Origin: Azolla caroliniana
Taxonomy: Eukaryota > Plantae > Polypodiophyta
DNA: 64,000 bases
Assembly (NCBI GenBank): GCA_043228905.1
Contig: JBHGNT010000020.1
Span: 6,882,001-6,946,000 of the forward strand
Direction: 5' to 3'
Part shown: piece by piece, positions 1 to 13,000 of the stretch
How positions within the stretch are numbered: the first letter of the stretch is position 1
Layout: every line of letters begins with the position of its first letter
The notes under the pieces: model-generated
Database searches by the model: none
Told to the model about the DNA's origin: nothing
Seen by the model: the letters and a program-made list of their open reading frames with translations, nothing else
Translations under genes and position numbers: made by a program

Positions 1-1484
1 CTCACTTTGTTTTGCTCACTAATGAGCAACAACTCCTCCTCACTCGTGGCGATTGCTGAGGTGTTCTTCCTATCCGGAATTTTCTTCAACTCTACACCAT
101 CAGCTCCCCCTTTGTCCTTTCGAAAGTGTCAGCAGTTTTTCTTAAAGTGCCCCAGCTTCCCACAATAGAAGCACGTGGGTCTCCCCCTCGACTTCAACCT
201 AGTCCCCAACTTATCTCGGTTCTGGGAACTTGGATTTCGGCTTCTTCCCCAAATCGTGTCACCTTCCATGACTAAGGCCTTCTAGTCAATATTGGACTCT
301 CGGTCCTTCCTGCAAGCTTCTTTGTTTAGCAAGCTCAACTTCACCTACTCTAGGGATAGGTGTTTCCCTTCCGGTCCCGCGTTCCCCAACGTGACAACCA
401 GCGTTTCCCAACTATCTAGAAGGAATCCCAACAACAATAGTGCTAATACCTCATCGGCTAGAGGTACTTCTAGAGAGGTGGTTTGGTTCATCAATCCTTG
501 GAAGGCATTGATGTGCTCCGCCATACTGAAGCCATCCTAATAACGAAGCCTCACGATTTTTCAAAATACTGAGACTCGGTTCACGACATTCTTGTTTTCG
601 AACATGACGTCGATCTTCTTCCATAGGACGTCTGCTTCTGTTTCTTCGCCTAAGTTGTTGTATAGACTCATGTCTATAAAACACCTTATATATGTGGTTG
701 CCTTCAGACGCAACACTTCCCAAGTCGTTGCATCAATCTTGTCTAGTTTTTTATCTCCGAACTGCACCGGCAGCCATAGGTCTTTGCACACAAGCATGTC
801 TCTCATCTTCGACTTCCACACTCAGTAGTTGGGGTTGGTTAGCTTAAACATGTCGCCGAACGAGTCTTCCATAGCTTTGATACCACATGTTAGGAAACAA
901 TCGGCCGCAACCCGTTACACGTTCATATTCGTGTACAAAAACCAAGAATTACCAGGCAAACAGAGAAAAACGTGAAGACACAGAGACACCGATATTTTAC
1001 GTGGAAAACCTGAAATGGGAAAAACCACGGGGGTCCACAAACCCTGAGAAAACAGATCACTATGGTAGAGAGGAAGTACAAAAATACGGAACTCGGAGGC
1101 AAAGATCTCGAGTTCTGCTTCATCTAACATACGGCTACAGAGTTACACTCTCACTCTCTCACTCACGGTTACAGAGGCAACTATCTCGTTCTTACTTTTT
1201 CAATAATGATCAACTACACTTACTAAAGTTTACCCTAGTTGCTTATAAACAAAAGCAACTTTCTAGCTATTTACAAGTATAGCCCACAAGGGGCATTTTA
1301 GACTATTTACAATTATAGTCTTCCGAAACGATTTCGATTTTCGATTTCGGTTTTGGTTTTGGTTTTGGTTTTGGTTTTGGTTTTGATTTTGATTTGATTT
1401 TGATTTCGGTTTCGGTTTTGGCCTCAGCCGATGCTCACCAACACGATACTTCTCTTCCCATCCGGAGGGACATGTTTCCCAACA
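1..1484 (-). mobile_element. Ty1/copia element A, 5' part (5' LTR, PBS, decayed gag); continues off the left edge
   Basis: LTR 888-1484 (minus strand TGTTGGGAAAC...GTTTCCTAACA). tRNA-iMet PBS TGGTATCAAAGCT at 873-885, with the gag ATG directly after it (870-872). Gag WKSKMRDMLV.KDLW and CCHC knuckle CFYCGKLGHFKKNC (~130-175), with in-frame stops. Confidence 0.93.
888..1484 (-). repeat. 5' LTR of copia A, containing a (TTTTGG/TTTTGA)n hexamer microsatellite at ~1326-1420
   Basis: TG...CA termini with short inverted repeats, adjacent to the PBS; shares the CCCGTGGTTTT...GGTTTTCCACGT block with the other LTRs here. Confidence 0.9.
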
Positions 1485-3797
1485 AACATTAATGGCATGA
1501 CTTAGTAGGATCTGTGTTACATTTGCGTGGATATTCCGCATATTATGCAAGACAATTATCACATCATTACTCAGGGGTTGTCATGATTATTCGTGATTTG
1601 TTTTGTCCACATATAGTCTATAATGATCCATATGGACGTTTTTTGGTGATGGAAGTCAAGTATTTTGAGGATTTGATATGGTTGGTAGGATCTTTCACCC
1701 AATAATGCTAATCAATGCATTGAGTTATGGTCTTCAATGTATCCACGGTTATTAGTGGGCCGTGTTGGTTTGTTAATGGGTGATTTTAATATGTGTGTTG
1801 ATGCTTCACAATCTACTTCACGATTCTCATTGATGGATTCTCCTGAACAAGCAGTCTAGGATAAATTGGCATAAGAGGTTTTGAAGTTGGATGTATGGAA
1901 ATGGTTGCATCAAGATGAGGTTGGGTTTACATTTCAGTCTATGCAATATAAGGAAACATGGAGTAGGTTAGATAGAATGTATGTTATGCATGATGAGTCC
2001 TTTTTGCCAAAGATGCTTAATATGTCAATTATGCAAGAGGTTGTGACATTGGATCATTTTCCCATATGTTTGAGTTTAATAAACATGGGGTAGATATGTA
2101 CAAAACATTTCTTGATCGAGTTCCTTTGAGGTTTAATTCTTCTTTATTATTACATTCCTTATTTGATGCCTATATGCAACAAAATTTTGGCATGTTTTCA
2201 TAACAAGTTATTTCAAAAGGATGGTATGCATGGGATACAACACTAAAAAACATCAATGATATTCATCATATGTATGGTATGACTAATGCTAAAAGACGTA
2301 AGAAATTGATTGATAATTTTTCATATATTCTTACGCGATGCAATGTACTATTGATGAATAATCCGCATGATGAAGAACTTTTGGATGAAGAATTTGTCTT
2401 GTCAAAGTTATCAACAGACAAGAGTACGTCAATTAAAGGAGGCATTTATACATAATCAATCACAATCTCATATGTTTTTTCAAGTATTAAGACCACCATA
2501 TGCTCATTCAAATGTGGTAAAAATTAAGATAGGGGATGACATTGCTGTAGACCCAATCAAGGTTATTGAGTTATGTATTACTCATTTTAAGAATTTGATT
2601 GGGCCAGAGTTGATTATTAATGAGGATGTGTTGAAAGCATGACAAGAGTTTTATAATGTAATTGGGAGTGTCGTGAATACAAATATTTGTCAAGAATTGG
2701 ATGTTGATTTTGAAGATGTTGAGGTGGAAAAGGTATTGTTACACCTTCCAAATGGTAAAAGCCCTAGTTGGGATGGTGTTATAAATTAATTTTTTAAGAA
2801 GTATGTTGGCATGCTTAAGAGTCCATTCACACAAATGTTTCAACAATGTTGGGATTCTGGTTTCATGCCTGAGAGTTGGAAGGTGGGCTTAATCAAATTG
2901 ATACCAAGGGTGTCATCTCCGAAGTCATTTCATCAATGAATGCCTATTTCATTGATGGGAGGGTTGTACAAAGTGTTTGCAAAGATATTATCCAACAAGC
3001 TTTAGAGGTTCTTACCTCAACTTATTCATCCATCTCAATATGGTTTTATTATAGGTAGAAATATATTGCATAATGTTTTGAATGTTCAAATGGCTACCGA
3101 TTATGCTCGACATACACATCAAGAAATGATTATGGTGCAATTAGATTTGGAAAAAGCATATGATCATGTTAATTGGTCTTTCTTCTAAGGTGTGATGTAT
3201 AATATGGGGTTTGGTCCTCGTATGTGTCGGCTTATCTTTTTGCTAGGGAAAAATGCAGCCTCACATGTGATGCTTAATGGCGGAGTTACTCTGAAAGTGT
3301 TTCTTACTAGATCCGTGCGGCAAGGATGTCCACTAAGCCCATTGTTATTTGCTATTGTTACACATCCTTTGTTAGTAATGTTGTTAAATCTTGTGGCTAG
3401 TGGTGATATTGTGGGTTTGCATCTTCCTTCTAGTGGACAATTGATGTCACAAGCATTGGCTAATGATTCTTTTATGTTTTTACAAGCCTCAAATGAAAAT
3501 CTTGAAAGGAATATGTAAGTTTGGGATCAATTTGCTTTAGCTTCAGAGTTGTATATAAATTGGAGGAAGTCTCACCTTATTTCTTATACAGAGAGTGATT
3601 TGGAATGTTTGGGATGGCGAGGGTTAGTGATTACACGAGGATCAATTTATCAACATTTGGGTTATCCATTGGGCGTGGATGTTACAAATGTTCAATTGAT
3701 TGATTGGAATGGTAGTAAATTGAAGGACAGATTTATGTATTGGAAGTCTCAATTATGGCCCTTTCATGTACGACTCAAAGTGGTGCAATGTATCTTG
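1485..3797 (+). mobile_element. Decayed L1/Tx1-clade LINE ORF2 (APE endonuclease + RT), truncated by copia insertions on both sides
   Basis: Motifs GDFN, SRLDRMY, DHFPI (endonuclease) and LDLEKAYDHVNW, SVRQGCPLSPLLF, degenerate FADD (LANDS), HLGYPLG (RT). Many stops and frameshifts. Confidence 0.9.
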
Positions 3798-5521
3798 TGT
3801 TGGGAATTCAGTCCCTGCGGATGGGATCCGGACCGGACGGATCTGGAAGGTATCCGGCTGGATCCGGTGTGAACCGGATCCATGGACATATCTGTAAATA
3901 TGTTTCTAGTGTGCCTATCATGGCCATATTTGTAAATAGTCCTAAAGTCATATAAGTATAAATATGACTTAGGGCAATCACTTTATGTGAGTGATCATTA
4001 TTGTTGTATAGAGATGTAGAGAGAGAGAAAGAGATCTACAAAAAGTCTTTCTGTTGTAACCGCTAGTTGGTGAAGGCATAGCACTCGACGCCGTTGCCTC
4101 TGAGTCTCCTATTGTACCTCTTTTTGTTATAGTGATAGTTGGAGTCTATTGGCTCCCATGGTTTTTTCCCTATTAGGGTTTTCCATGTAAACATCATTTG
4201 TCCTCTCCGTTGTCTGTGTAAGTGTATTAATCTCCATTTCTGTTTAGATCTTCTATTGAGTGTTTGAGACTTAGTTGTGGCCGAGCACCATTCCTCTCAA
4301 ACTGGTATTAGAGCAAGGTTCTAAATCTTGAACAAAATGTAAGAATCATTCGAAAGCATGTTCAAGCTCACCGGCTCCAACTACCCAGTATGGAAGTCGA
4401 AGATGAGGGACATGCTCGTGGTCAAAGATCTCTGGCTGCCGATGTGGGAGGTGATGCGTATGAAGACGACGGCATACATTAGGTGCTTCATCGACATGAG
4501 CCTGTACAATAACTTCAATGAAGAAAGTAAGGTCATGTGTTCTAGGAGAAAATCGGTACTATGCTGGAGAGTAAAAATGTTGTAAATCAGGTTTAGGTAT
4601 TCCGAAAGTTAGTGAGACTCTGGTACCAAGACGAATCCAGCATGACGGAGCACATGAATGCATTCCAAGGGCTCATAAATCAAACAACCTCATTGGAAGT
4701 GCCTCTATCTGATGAGGTACTTGTGTTGATGTTGCTCGGTTCCCTCCCGGATAGTTGGGAGATGTTAATTGTCACTTTGGGCAACATCGGGCTGGAAGGA
4801 AAATAGTTGTCCCTTGCAAGGGTAAAATCAAGCTTGCTGGATGAAGAAGCTTTCCAGAAGGAACAGGAATCTGGAACCGATCCAAAAGCCTTGGTCACAG
4901 AAGATGACCATAACCGGGGAAGAGGCCGGATTTGAAGTACCCAAAACCGGGACCATTGGGGGATGAGGTCGAAGTCAAGGGGGAGGCCCATTTGCTTTTA
5001 TTGCGGAAAGTCGGGGCACTTCTAGAAGAACTACAGACACTTTCGGAAAGCCAAAGGGGGAGCTAACTTTCCGGAACGAAAGAAGATTTCGAAAAGGAGA
5101 GGAACATCGGCGATCACGACAAGTGAAGAAGAATTGTTGCTAATCACCGAGGAGAGTGAGTTGCATCTTGTCAGCGATGAGACGACATGGATGGTCGACT
5201 CCGGAGTGTTGTTCCATTTGACCCCCGACCCAGAAATGCTTCTCATCGTATAGAGCCAAAGATCACGGTTCTGTCCAGATGGGAAATGAAGGTGGATGCC
5301 GGATTGTCGACATAGGAGACGTGTGATTGACGATATCAACCGGGTGCAAGTTGTTGTTGAAGGATGTCCAACATGTTCTGGAGGTTCAGTTGAACCTGAT
5401 ATCAGTCGATCGGCTAGATGATGAAGGTTACACGGGTAGCATCTGGAATGGATTCATGAAGTTTTGCAAAGGGAACCTGATCATGGCTCGAGCCCGAAAG
5501 ATCAACACACTGTACTTGATG

Positions 5522-8500
5522 TGTTGGGAAATCGATCCCTCCGGATGGGATCCGGTGATGAATGAACAGGACCAGGTGAGAACCGGAAGAGATCCGGAAA
5601 CCGGAGGAGAGCCGGTGAGAACCGGAAGAGAAGACATATTTGTAAATATGTTTTGAGTAAGCCTATTGAGGCTATATTTGTAAATAGCCCTAAGTTCATA
5701 TAAGTATAAATATGACTTAGGGCAATCACTTGAGTGTGTGAGAGGTTGTTGTACCTTTCTCATATAGTGATAGTTTGGAGTCTTTGGGCTCCCGTGGTTT
5801 TTCCCTATTAGGATTTTCCACGTAAACATCTTGTGTACTTTCTTTTGGTGTACAAGTATTCATCTCTATTCCCATTTCTGTGTTTGATCCTTAAACGAAG
5901 TGACCTAAGACTCGGTTTTGGCTGAGCAGTATTCCGCGCCATTGCCCACAAATTGGTATCAGAGCGAACAACATAGAAAATGGAAGAATCGTTCGACGGC
6001 ATGTTCAAGCTCACCAGCTCCAACTACTCAATGTGGAAGTAGAAGATGAGGGATATGCTAGTGGTCAAAGATCTTTGGTTGTCGGTTCAGTTCGGGGACA
6101 AGAGACTGGATAAGATCGACACCACAGTGTGGGAGGTGATGCACATGAAGACGACGGCATACATCCAGTGTTTCATTGACATGAGCCTGTACAACAACTT
6201 CAATAAAGAGGGCAAGGCTCATGAACTCTGGGAGAAGATCAGCATCATGTTCCAGAACAAGAATGTTGTTAATCGGGTTTCGGTATTATGGAAGCTAGTG
6301 AGGCTCTGGTACCAAGATGGCTCTAGTATGACGGAGCACATGAATGCCTTTCAGGGCTGATACACCAAGCAACCTCGTTGGAAGTACCTCTTGCTGATGA
6401 GGTGCTCACATTACTCTTGCTCGGTTCCCTCCCGAATAGTTGGGAGACGCTAGTTGTCACTGTCGGCATTTCCGAAAAGAGAAAGAAACTGGCACTACCG
6501 ATTCGAAGAAGAGTTCGGACTCCAACGGTTCAAATCGGGGAGGCCCGGATTGGAAAGGAACGTCGGCGATCGCGACAAGTAAAGAGGAACTGATGCTCAT
6601 TACCGAGGAGAATGAGTTAAACCTTGTCAGCGACAAGACAACATGGGTTGTCGATTCTGGTGCGTCGTTCCACCTGACACCGGACCGGAGATGCTTCTCA
6701 TCCTACATAGCCGATGATCATGGTTGTGTCAGGATGGAGAATGAAGGGACATGCCAAATTATTGGCATAGGAGATGTGTTGTTGACGACATCAACCGGAT
6801 GCAAGGTGCTGCTAAAGGATGTCTGACACGTTCCGGAGGTTCGACTGAACCTGATATCAGCCAATCAGCTAGATGATGAAGGCTACACACGTAGCATCCG
6901 GAACGGAGTCATGAAGTTCAGCAAAGGGAGCCTAATACTGGCTCGAGCCCGAAAGGTCAACACACTGTACTTGATGCATGCCTGAATATGCCGGGAAGAA
7001 GTGAACGTAGCATCCGACACTGCCGGTGAGCTGGGGCACAAGAGACTGTGTCACATGAGTGAGAAGGGGATGAAAAGGCTTGCTGAAGAAAACCTCATTC
7101 CAGTGAAGGACATGCAACTTTAGAAGTGCACTGATTGCTTGGCCGACAAGCAAAACCGAACCTCCTTCCAATCAAGACCACCGGTCAAGTCCCGACCATG
7201 CATATTCCTTGGATACGGTGATGATGAGTTCGGTTACCGAGGGTGGGATCTAGTCGACAAGAAGGTGTTCCAGAGTCGGGACATATTCTTCATGGAAGAC
7301 ATTACCATTGCCAACTGGGAGTCGGAGAACAAGATGATGAACTCCGGATCATCCAATGAAAACTGGCTTGAGGACACAAGGACCTACCCGGTTGAAAACC
7401 GGATGTTGGCCGGTAACCGGATGACACTCGATGAACCGGCCGAACATGGACAAGAAACCGAACCGACCGAAGAAGAAGAAGAAGGAGACATCGGAACTGG
7501 ACAAGATCCCGAATCAGACTCGGATGAGGAACAAATGGAGGAACCGGTAGTCAGAAACCAAGGACAGAGATATCCTCTTTGAGAGAGAAGAGCCCCCCGG
7601 AGATTTTCGGATGCAGAGCATGTGTTGCTAACCGATGAGGGGGAACCGGAAAGCTTCGAAGAAGCAAAGAGAGACAGCCATGGCCGCAAGTGGTTGAGTG
7701 CAATGCAGGATGAGATGGATTCCCTACATGAGAACCACACATATGAACTAACGGAGTTGCCGAAAGGGAAGAGAGCACTCCAGAACAAGTGGGTATACAA
7801 GCTGAAACCGGGAGATGCCGGAAATCCACCAAGGTATAACGCCCGAATCGTGGTGAAGGGCTTCCAGCAGAAGAAAGGAGTGGACTTCCAGGAGATCTTT
7901 GCGCCGATAGTAAAGATGACATCCATCCGGATGGTATTGAGCATAGCAGCAAGCATGGACCTTGAGGTAGAGCAACTAGACGTCAAGACGGCATTCCTAC
8001 ATAGTGGCCTCAAAGAAGAGATCTACATGCATCAACCAGAAGGATTTGAGAAGAAAGGGAAGGAGCACCTGGTGTGCCGGCTGAACAAGAGCTTATACAG
8101 TTTGAAGCAAGCTCCCCGGCAATGGTACCGGAAGTTCAAATACTTCATGACCGACCAAGGGTACCACAAGATGCAGGCCGATCACTGCATGTTTGTGAAG
8201 AAATTTGACGGAGGAGATTTCCTAATACTCCTCCTATATGTGGATGATATGTTGATCTTCGGGCGAGACCAACGCAAGATCCGGATGCTAAAGAAGGCTC
8301 TGAACTAGACCTTCTCAATGAAAGACTTGGTTCCGGCAAGATAGATATTGGGAATGCACATCATCCGGGCCCGGTCGAAGAAGATGTTGTGGTTGTCACA
8401 AGCGAAGTATGTGACAAAGGTGCTTCAACGGTTCAACATGCCGGAGGCGAAACCGGTCAGATCAACACTTCCGACAAACTGCAAGCTATCCGGAAAACAA

Positions 8501-9785
8501 AGCCCAGGACAAAGGCAGAGAAAACGAATATGATGAAGATACCATATGCCTCTGCCATCAGAAGCTTGATGTACGTGATGGTCTGTACCCAACTGGATAT
8601 CGGATATGCAGTCAAAGTGGTGAGTTGGTTCACGAGCAATCCCCGAAGAGAGCATTGGAACACGGTCAAGTGGATACTCCGGTATTTGAAAGGCACCTCG
8701 AGTATGTGCCTCCGGTTCGGCTCCGGTAATCCCCAACTTGACAGATTCACAGATTCAGATATGTCGGTTGATGTGGATACCAGCCGGTCTACATCCGGAT
8801 ATGTCATGACTTATGCAGGGGGAGCTGTTTCATGGCAGTCGAGGCAGCAGAAGACGGTTGCGTTGTCAACCACGGAAGCGGTGTACATGGCAGGTGTAGA
8901 AGCTGGCAAGGAGATAATCTGGATGAAGAACTTCATCGGAGAGCTAGAGATCCAACAGGAGGAATATTGGCTCTACTCTGATAGTCAAAGTGTCATCCAC
9001 CTTGCAAAGAATGCGGCCTATGACTCCCGGACGAAACATATCCAGCGAAGGTACCACTAGATCCGGGAAAGAGTAGAAGATCAAGACTTCATGCTGATGA
9101 AGATCCACACAGAGGAGAACGGGTCGGACATGCTGACCAAGGTGTTGACGACTGACAAGTTGGACGCGTGCCGAAAGCGGATCGGGCTGACGAGACATCC
9201 CATGCCAGAGTGAAGGGGGAGATTGTTGGGAAATCGATCCCTCCGGATGGGATCCGGTGATGAATGAAGAGGACCCAGTGAGAACCGGAAGAGATCCATA
9301 AACCGGAGGAGACCCGGTGAGAACCGGGAGAGAAGACATATTTGTAAATATGTCTTGAGTAAGCCTATTGATGCTATATTTGTAAATAACCCTAAGTTCA
9401 TATAACTATAAATATGACTTAGAGCAATCACTTGAGTGTGTGAGAGGTTGTTGCTATTCATGTTGTTGTTCATATTGTTGTAATTGTTGTATAGAGAGAG
9501 AGAGGAGATACAAAGCGATACTCTGTTGTAACCGTTGCTTGGCGAAGAAACTGAGCTCGAGGTCGTTGCCTCCGAGTCTCTGATTGTACCTTTCTCATAT
9601 AGTGATAGTTTGGAGTCTCTGGGCTCCCGTGGTTTTTCCCTATTAGGGTTTTCCATTTAAACATCCTGTGTACTTTCTTTTGGTGTACAAATATTCATCT
9701 CTATTCCCATTTCTGTGTTTGATCCTTAAACGAAGTGACCTAAGACTCGGTTTTGGCCAAGCAGTATTCCGCGCCATTCCCCACA
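5522..9785 (+). mobile_element. Ty1/copia element C (B family), internally deleted, nested in B
   Basis: TSD TGATG at 5517-5521 and 9786-9790. LTRs 5522-5950 and 9224-9785. PBS TGGTATCAGAGC 5954-5965; PPT GAGTGAAGGGGGAG 9208-9221. RT ORF 7622-8308 (LLLYVDDML). Gag knuckle and integrase core are missing. Confidence 0.96.
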
Positions 9786-10081
9786 TGATGCATGCATGGA
9801 TCTACCAAGAAGAAGTGAATGTGGCATCTAAAAATGTTGGTGAGCTATGGCACAAGAGGTTGTGCCACATGAGCTAGAAAGGGATGGGAAGAATTGCCGA
9901 AGATAACCTCATTCCGGAGGTGAAAGACGTGCAGCTTGAGAAGTGCATCGATTTCTTGGCCAACAAGCAGAACCGAACCTCTTTCTGGTCGAGAACACCG
10001 TCGAGATAGAATGCACCACTGGAACTTGTGCATACCGATGTATGCCAAGTGGACACGAAGTCACATGTCGGATCACAGTAC

Positions 10082-13000
10082 TGTTGAGAATCGATTCGTA
10101 AAACCACAAGATCAAACGATACTGAAAATACACAACATAGCCACACAACGAATAGTACACAGAGATTTACATGGAAACCCAGAAACCGGAAGAAAACCAC
10201 GGGAGAAGAAAAACTTCACCATACGATGGATGTCATAGGACAAAGATTATAACACTCTGATTTTGAGTGTATCAACCACATAGGGTTCTTGGAGTCTGTT
10301 GTTACGTGCACAACTATGGCAACGTTCTCTCTTTCCTTCTCTCTCTCTCTTTCACACAGCCCACACTAACGTCTGTTTGCACCAAACATATATATCTACA
10401 GATACATCGTATATATCTATTCACAATTGTAGCCACTACTACATATCATTGATTATCCTAAACCCTAAAATAATAATAATAATAATCATTTGTTCAAACA
10501 ATCGGCTCTCTGTGTCGACTCTTCGACTGTCAGTTGTCGGTTGTCGGCTACTTCCGAACAGTCGGTTCCTCCCACTGGAGGGACATATTCCCAACAAACT
10601 CCCCCTTCACTCATGTGGCAGGGAGTCAGTCAATCATGTCCTTTGTCGACAGACTTTAAGTTTGTCCATAGGTAGGTTCTTCGTGAGCATGTCAGATCCA
10701 TTGTTATCCGTGTGGATCTTCACAAGTGTGAACTCTCCATCTTCGACCTTCTCGCGCAACCAGTGATACCCTCTCTGTATGTGCTTGGTCCGGGAGTGAT
10801 ATGCACCATTCTTGGCAAGTTGTATGACACTCTGGCTATCACAGTGAAGCAAGAACTCCCTCTGCTTCATCCCTAGCTCGTTGAGAAAATTTCTCATCCA
10901 GATCAGCTCTTTGCCGGCCTCTACCATTGCCATATACTCTGCCTCTGTAGTCAACAAGGCTACAGACTTTTGCAATCGTGATTGCCACGACACTGCTCCC
11001 CCTCCATAGGTCATCATGTACCCTGACGTGGATCGACTTGAGTCTACATCTCCCGACATGTCCGAGTCGGCAAAACCTTCTAGCACAGGTTTTCCGACAC
11101 CATACCCTAAAGACGCCCCTGAGGTGCCTTTTAGGTACCTGAGTATCCACTTCACCGCTGCCCAGTGTTCTCTTCCTAGATTACTCATATATCCACTTAC
11201 TACTCCCACATCAAATGCTATGTCTGGTCTCGTACAGACCATAGCATACATTAGACTGCCAACGGCCTAGGCATATGGTACCTTCCTCATCTTGGCCTTG
11301 TCCTTCTCCCCTTTCAGGCACTGCTTCGCATTCAACCTGCAATTTGTCGGCAACACTGAGCCAACCGGCTTTGCGTCTGACATGTTGAACCTTTCTAGGA
11401 TCTTCGTCACATACTTTTGTTGTGAAAACCATAGCACCTTTTGAGTTCTATCTCGAACTATGTTCATTCCTAAGATCTGTTTAGCCGGTCCAAGGTCTTT
11501 CATCGCAAACGACCTGCTTAGAGCTTTATTCAAGCTTCCAATCCTTTTTGTGTCTTGTCCGACTATCAACATGTCATCAACATATAACAAGAGAATCAAG
11601 AAGTCTCCTTCTTTGTACCTTTTGATGAACACACAGTGATCGGCCTTTGTTTTCTGGAACCGGTGTTCCATCATGAAGGACTCGAACTTCTTGTACCATT
11701 GGCGTGGAGCTTGTTTCAGACTATACAAGCTTTTCTTCAGTCAACACACCCGGTTCTCTTTCCCTTTCTCCTCAAAGCCTTCGGGTTGCTGCATGTAGAT
11801 TTCTTCTTCTAGTTCCCCGTGTAAGAATGCAGTTTTGACATCCAACTGTTCGATCTCCAGGTCCATACTAGCCGCTATACTCAGAACAGTTCGAATGGAT
11901 GTCATCTTTACGACTAGTGCGAATATTTCGTCAAAGTCGACATGCTTTTTTTGTTGAAAACCCTTCACCACTATGTGGGCTTTATACCTGGGCTCACTGT
12001 CGGCTTCTCCAGTCTTCACCTTGTAGACCCATTTATTCCTGAGTGCACTCTTACCTTTCTACAGCTCTACCAAGTCGTAGGTGTAATTCTCATGCAAGGA
12101 TTCCAACTCATCTTGCATCGCGCTCAGCCATTTCCCTCTGTGCTCGTCGGCAATGGCTTCTTCATAGCATTCTGGTTCACCTTCATCAGTCAAGAGGATG
12201 TATTGACTGGTATATGTTGTTAGTGCTTTCCTTTCTCTGAGTGGGTATCTCCTTCCACTCATTGTTGGCTCTCTTTCGAATGTCTCTACCAACTCTTCTC
12301 TTCGCTTGGGTTCCTGCACGTCTATTGATTGGTTGGACGACTCCAACTCATACTCTTCAATTGACCTTAACAGCTTTGCCGATTCTGACTCACAGTCGGT
12401 CGGTCTCTCCGAGTCGACCAACTCGGATTCGGTTGTGTCGACTGGCCGTCTTCGAACAACCGACGTTGTTGGTTCACTTAACCTTAGATTGACGATAGTC
12501 GGGTTTGACTAGGGAGTCGTATCTGACTTCTTTTGCTTCCAGTCTTCAATCATCTTATCTTCAAGAAAGACTACATCCCGACTTCTCACTACCTTCTTGT
12601 CAACCAGATCCCATAGCCTATAGCCAAACTCATCTTCCGAGTATCCCATCAATATGCATGCCTTCAACTTACTGTCAAGCTTTGACCTCTAATCCTTCGG
12701 TACATGCATATACCCCAAACATCCGAACACCCTGAGGTGTTGGTAGGAGACATCCTTCCTTGTCCACACTCTCTATGGGACATCACCCTTTAATGGTACT
12801 AAGGGAGACCTGTTGATCAAATAAACAATTGTGTACACCGCCTCAGCCCAATAGGATTTCGGCAGTTTCGCATGAGAGAGCATGCTCCTTACCCTCTCCA
12901 TGATTGTTCGGTTCATCCTCTCTGCAAGCCCGTTCAACTCTGGGGTCTTTGACACTGTGTATTCGATCCGAATACTTTGGCACTTGTAGTATTCCTCGAA

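Noticed and set aside
7384-8013. Long antisense ORFs over copia pol and LINE ORF1 (also 15962-16456, 39072-39674)
   Set aside because: Codon-bias shadows with no recognisable motifs.
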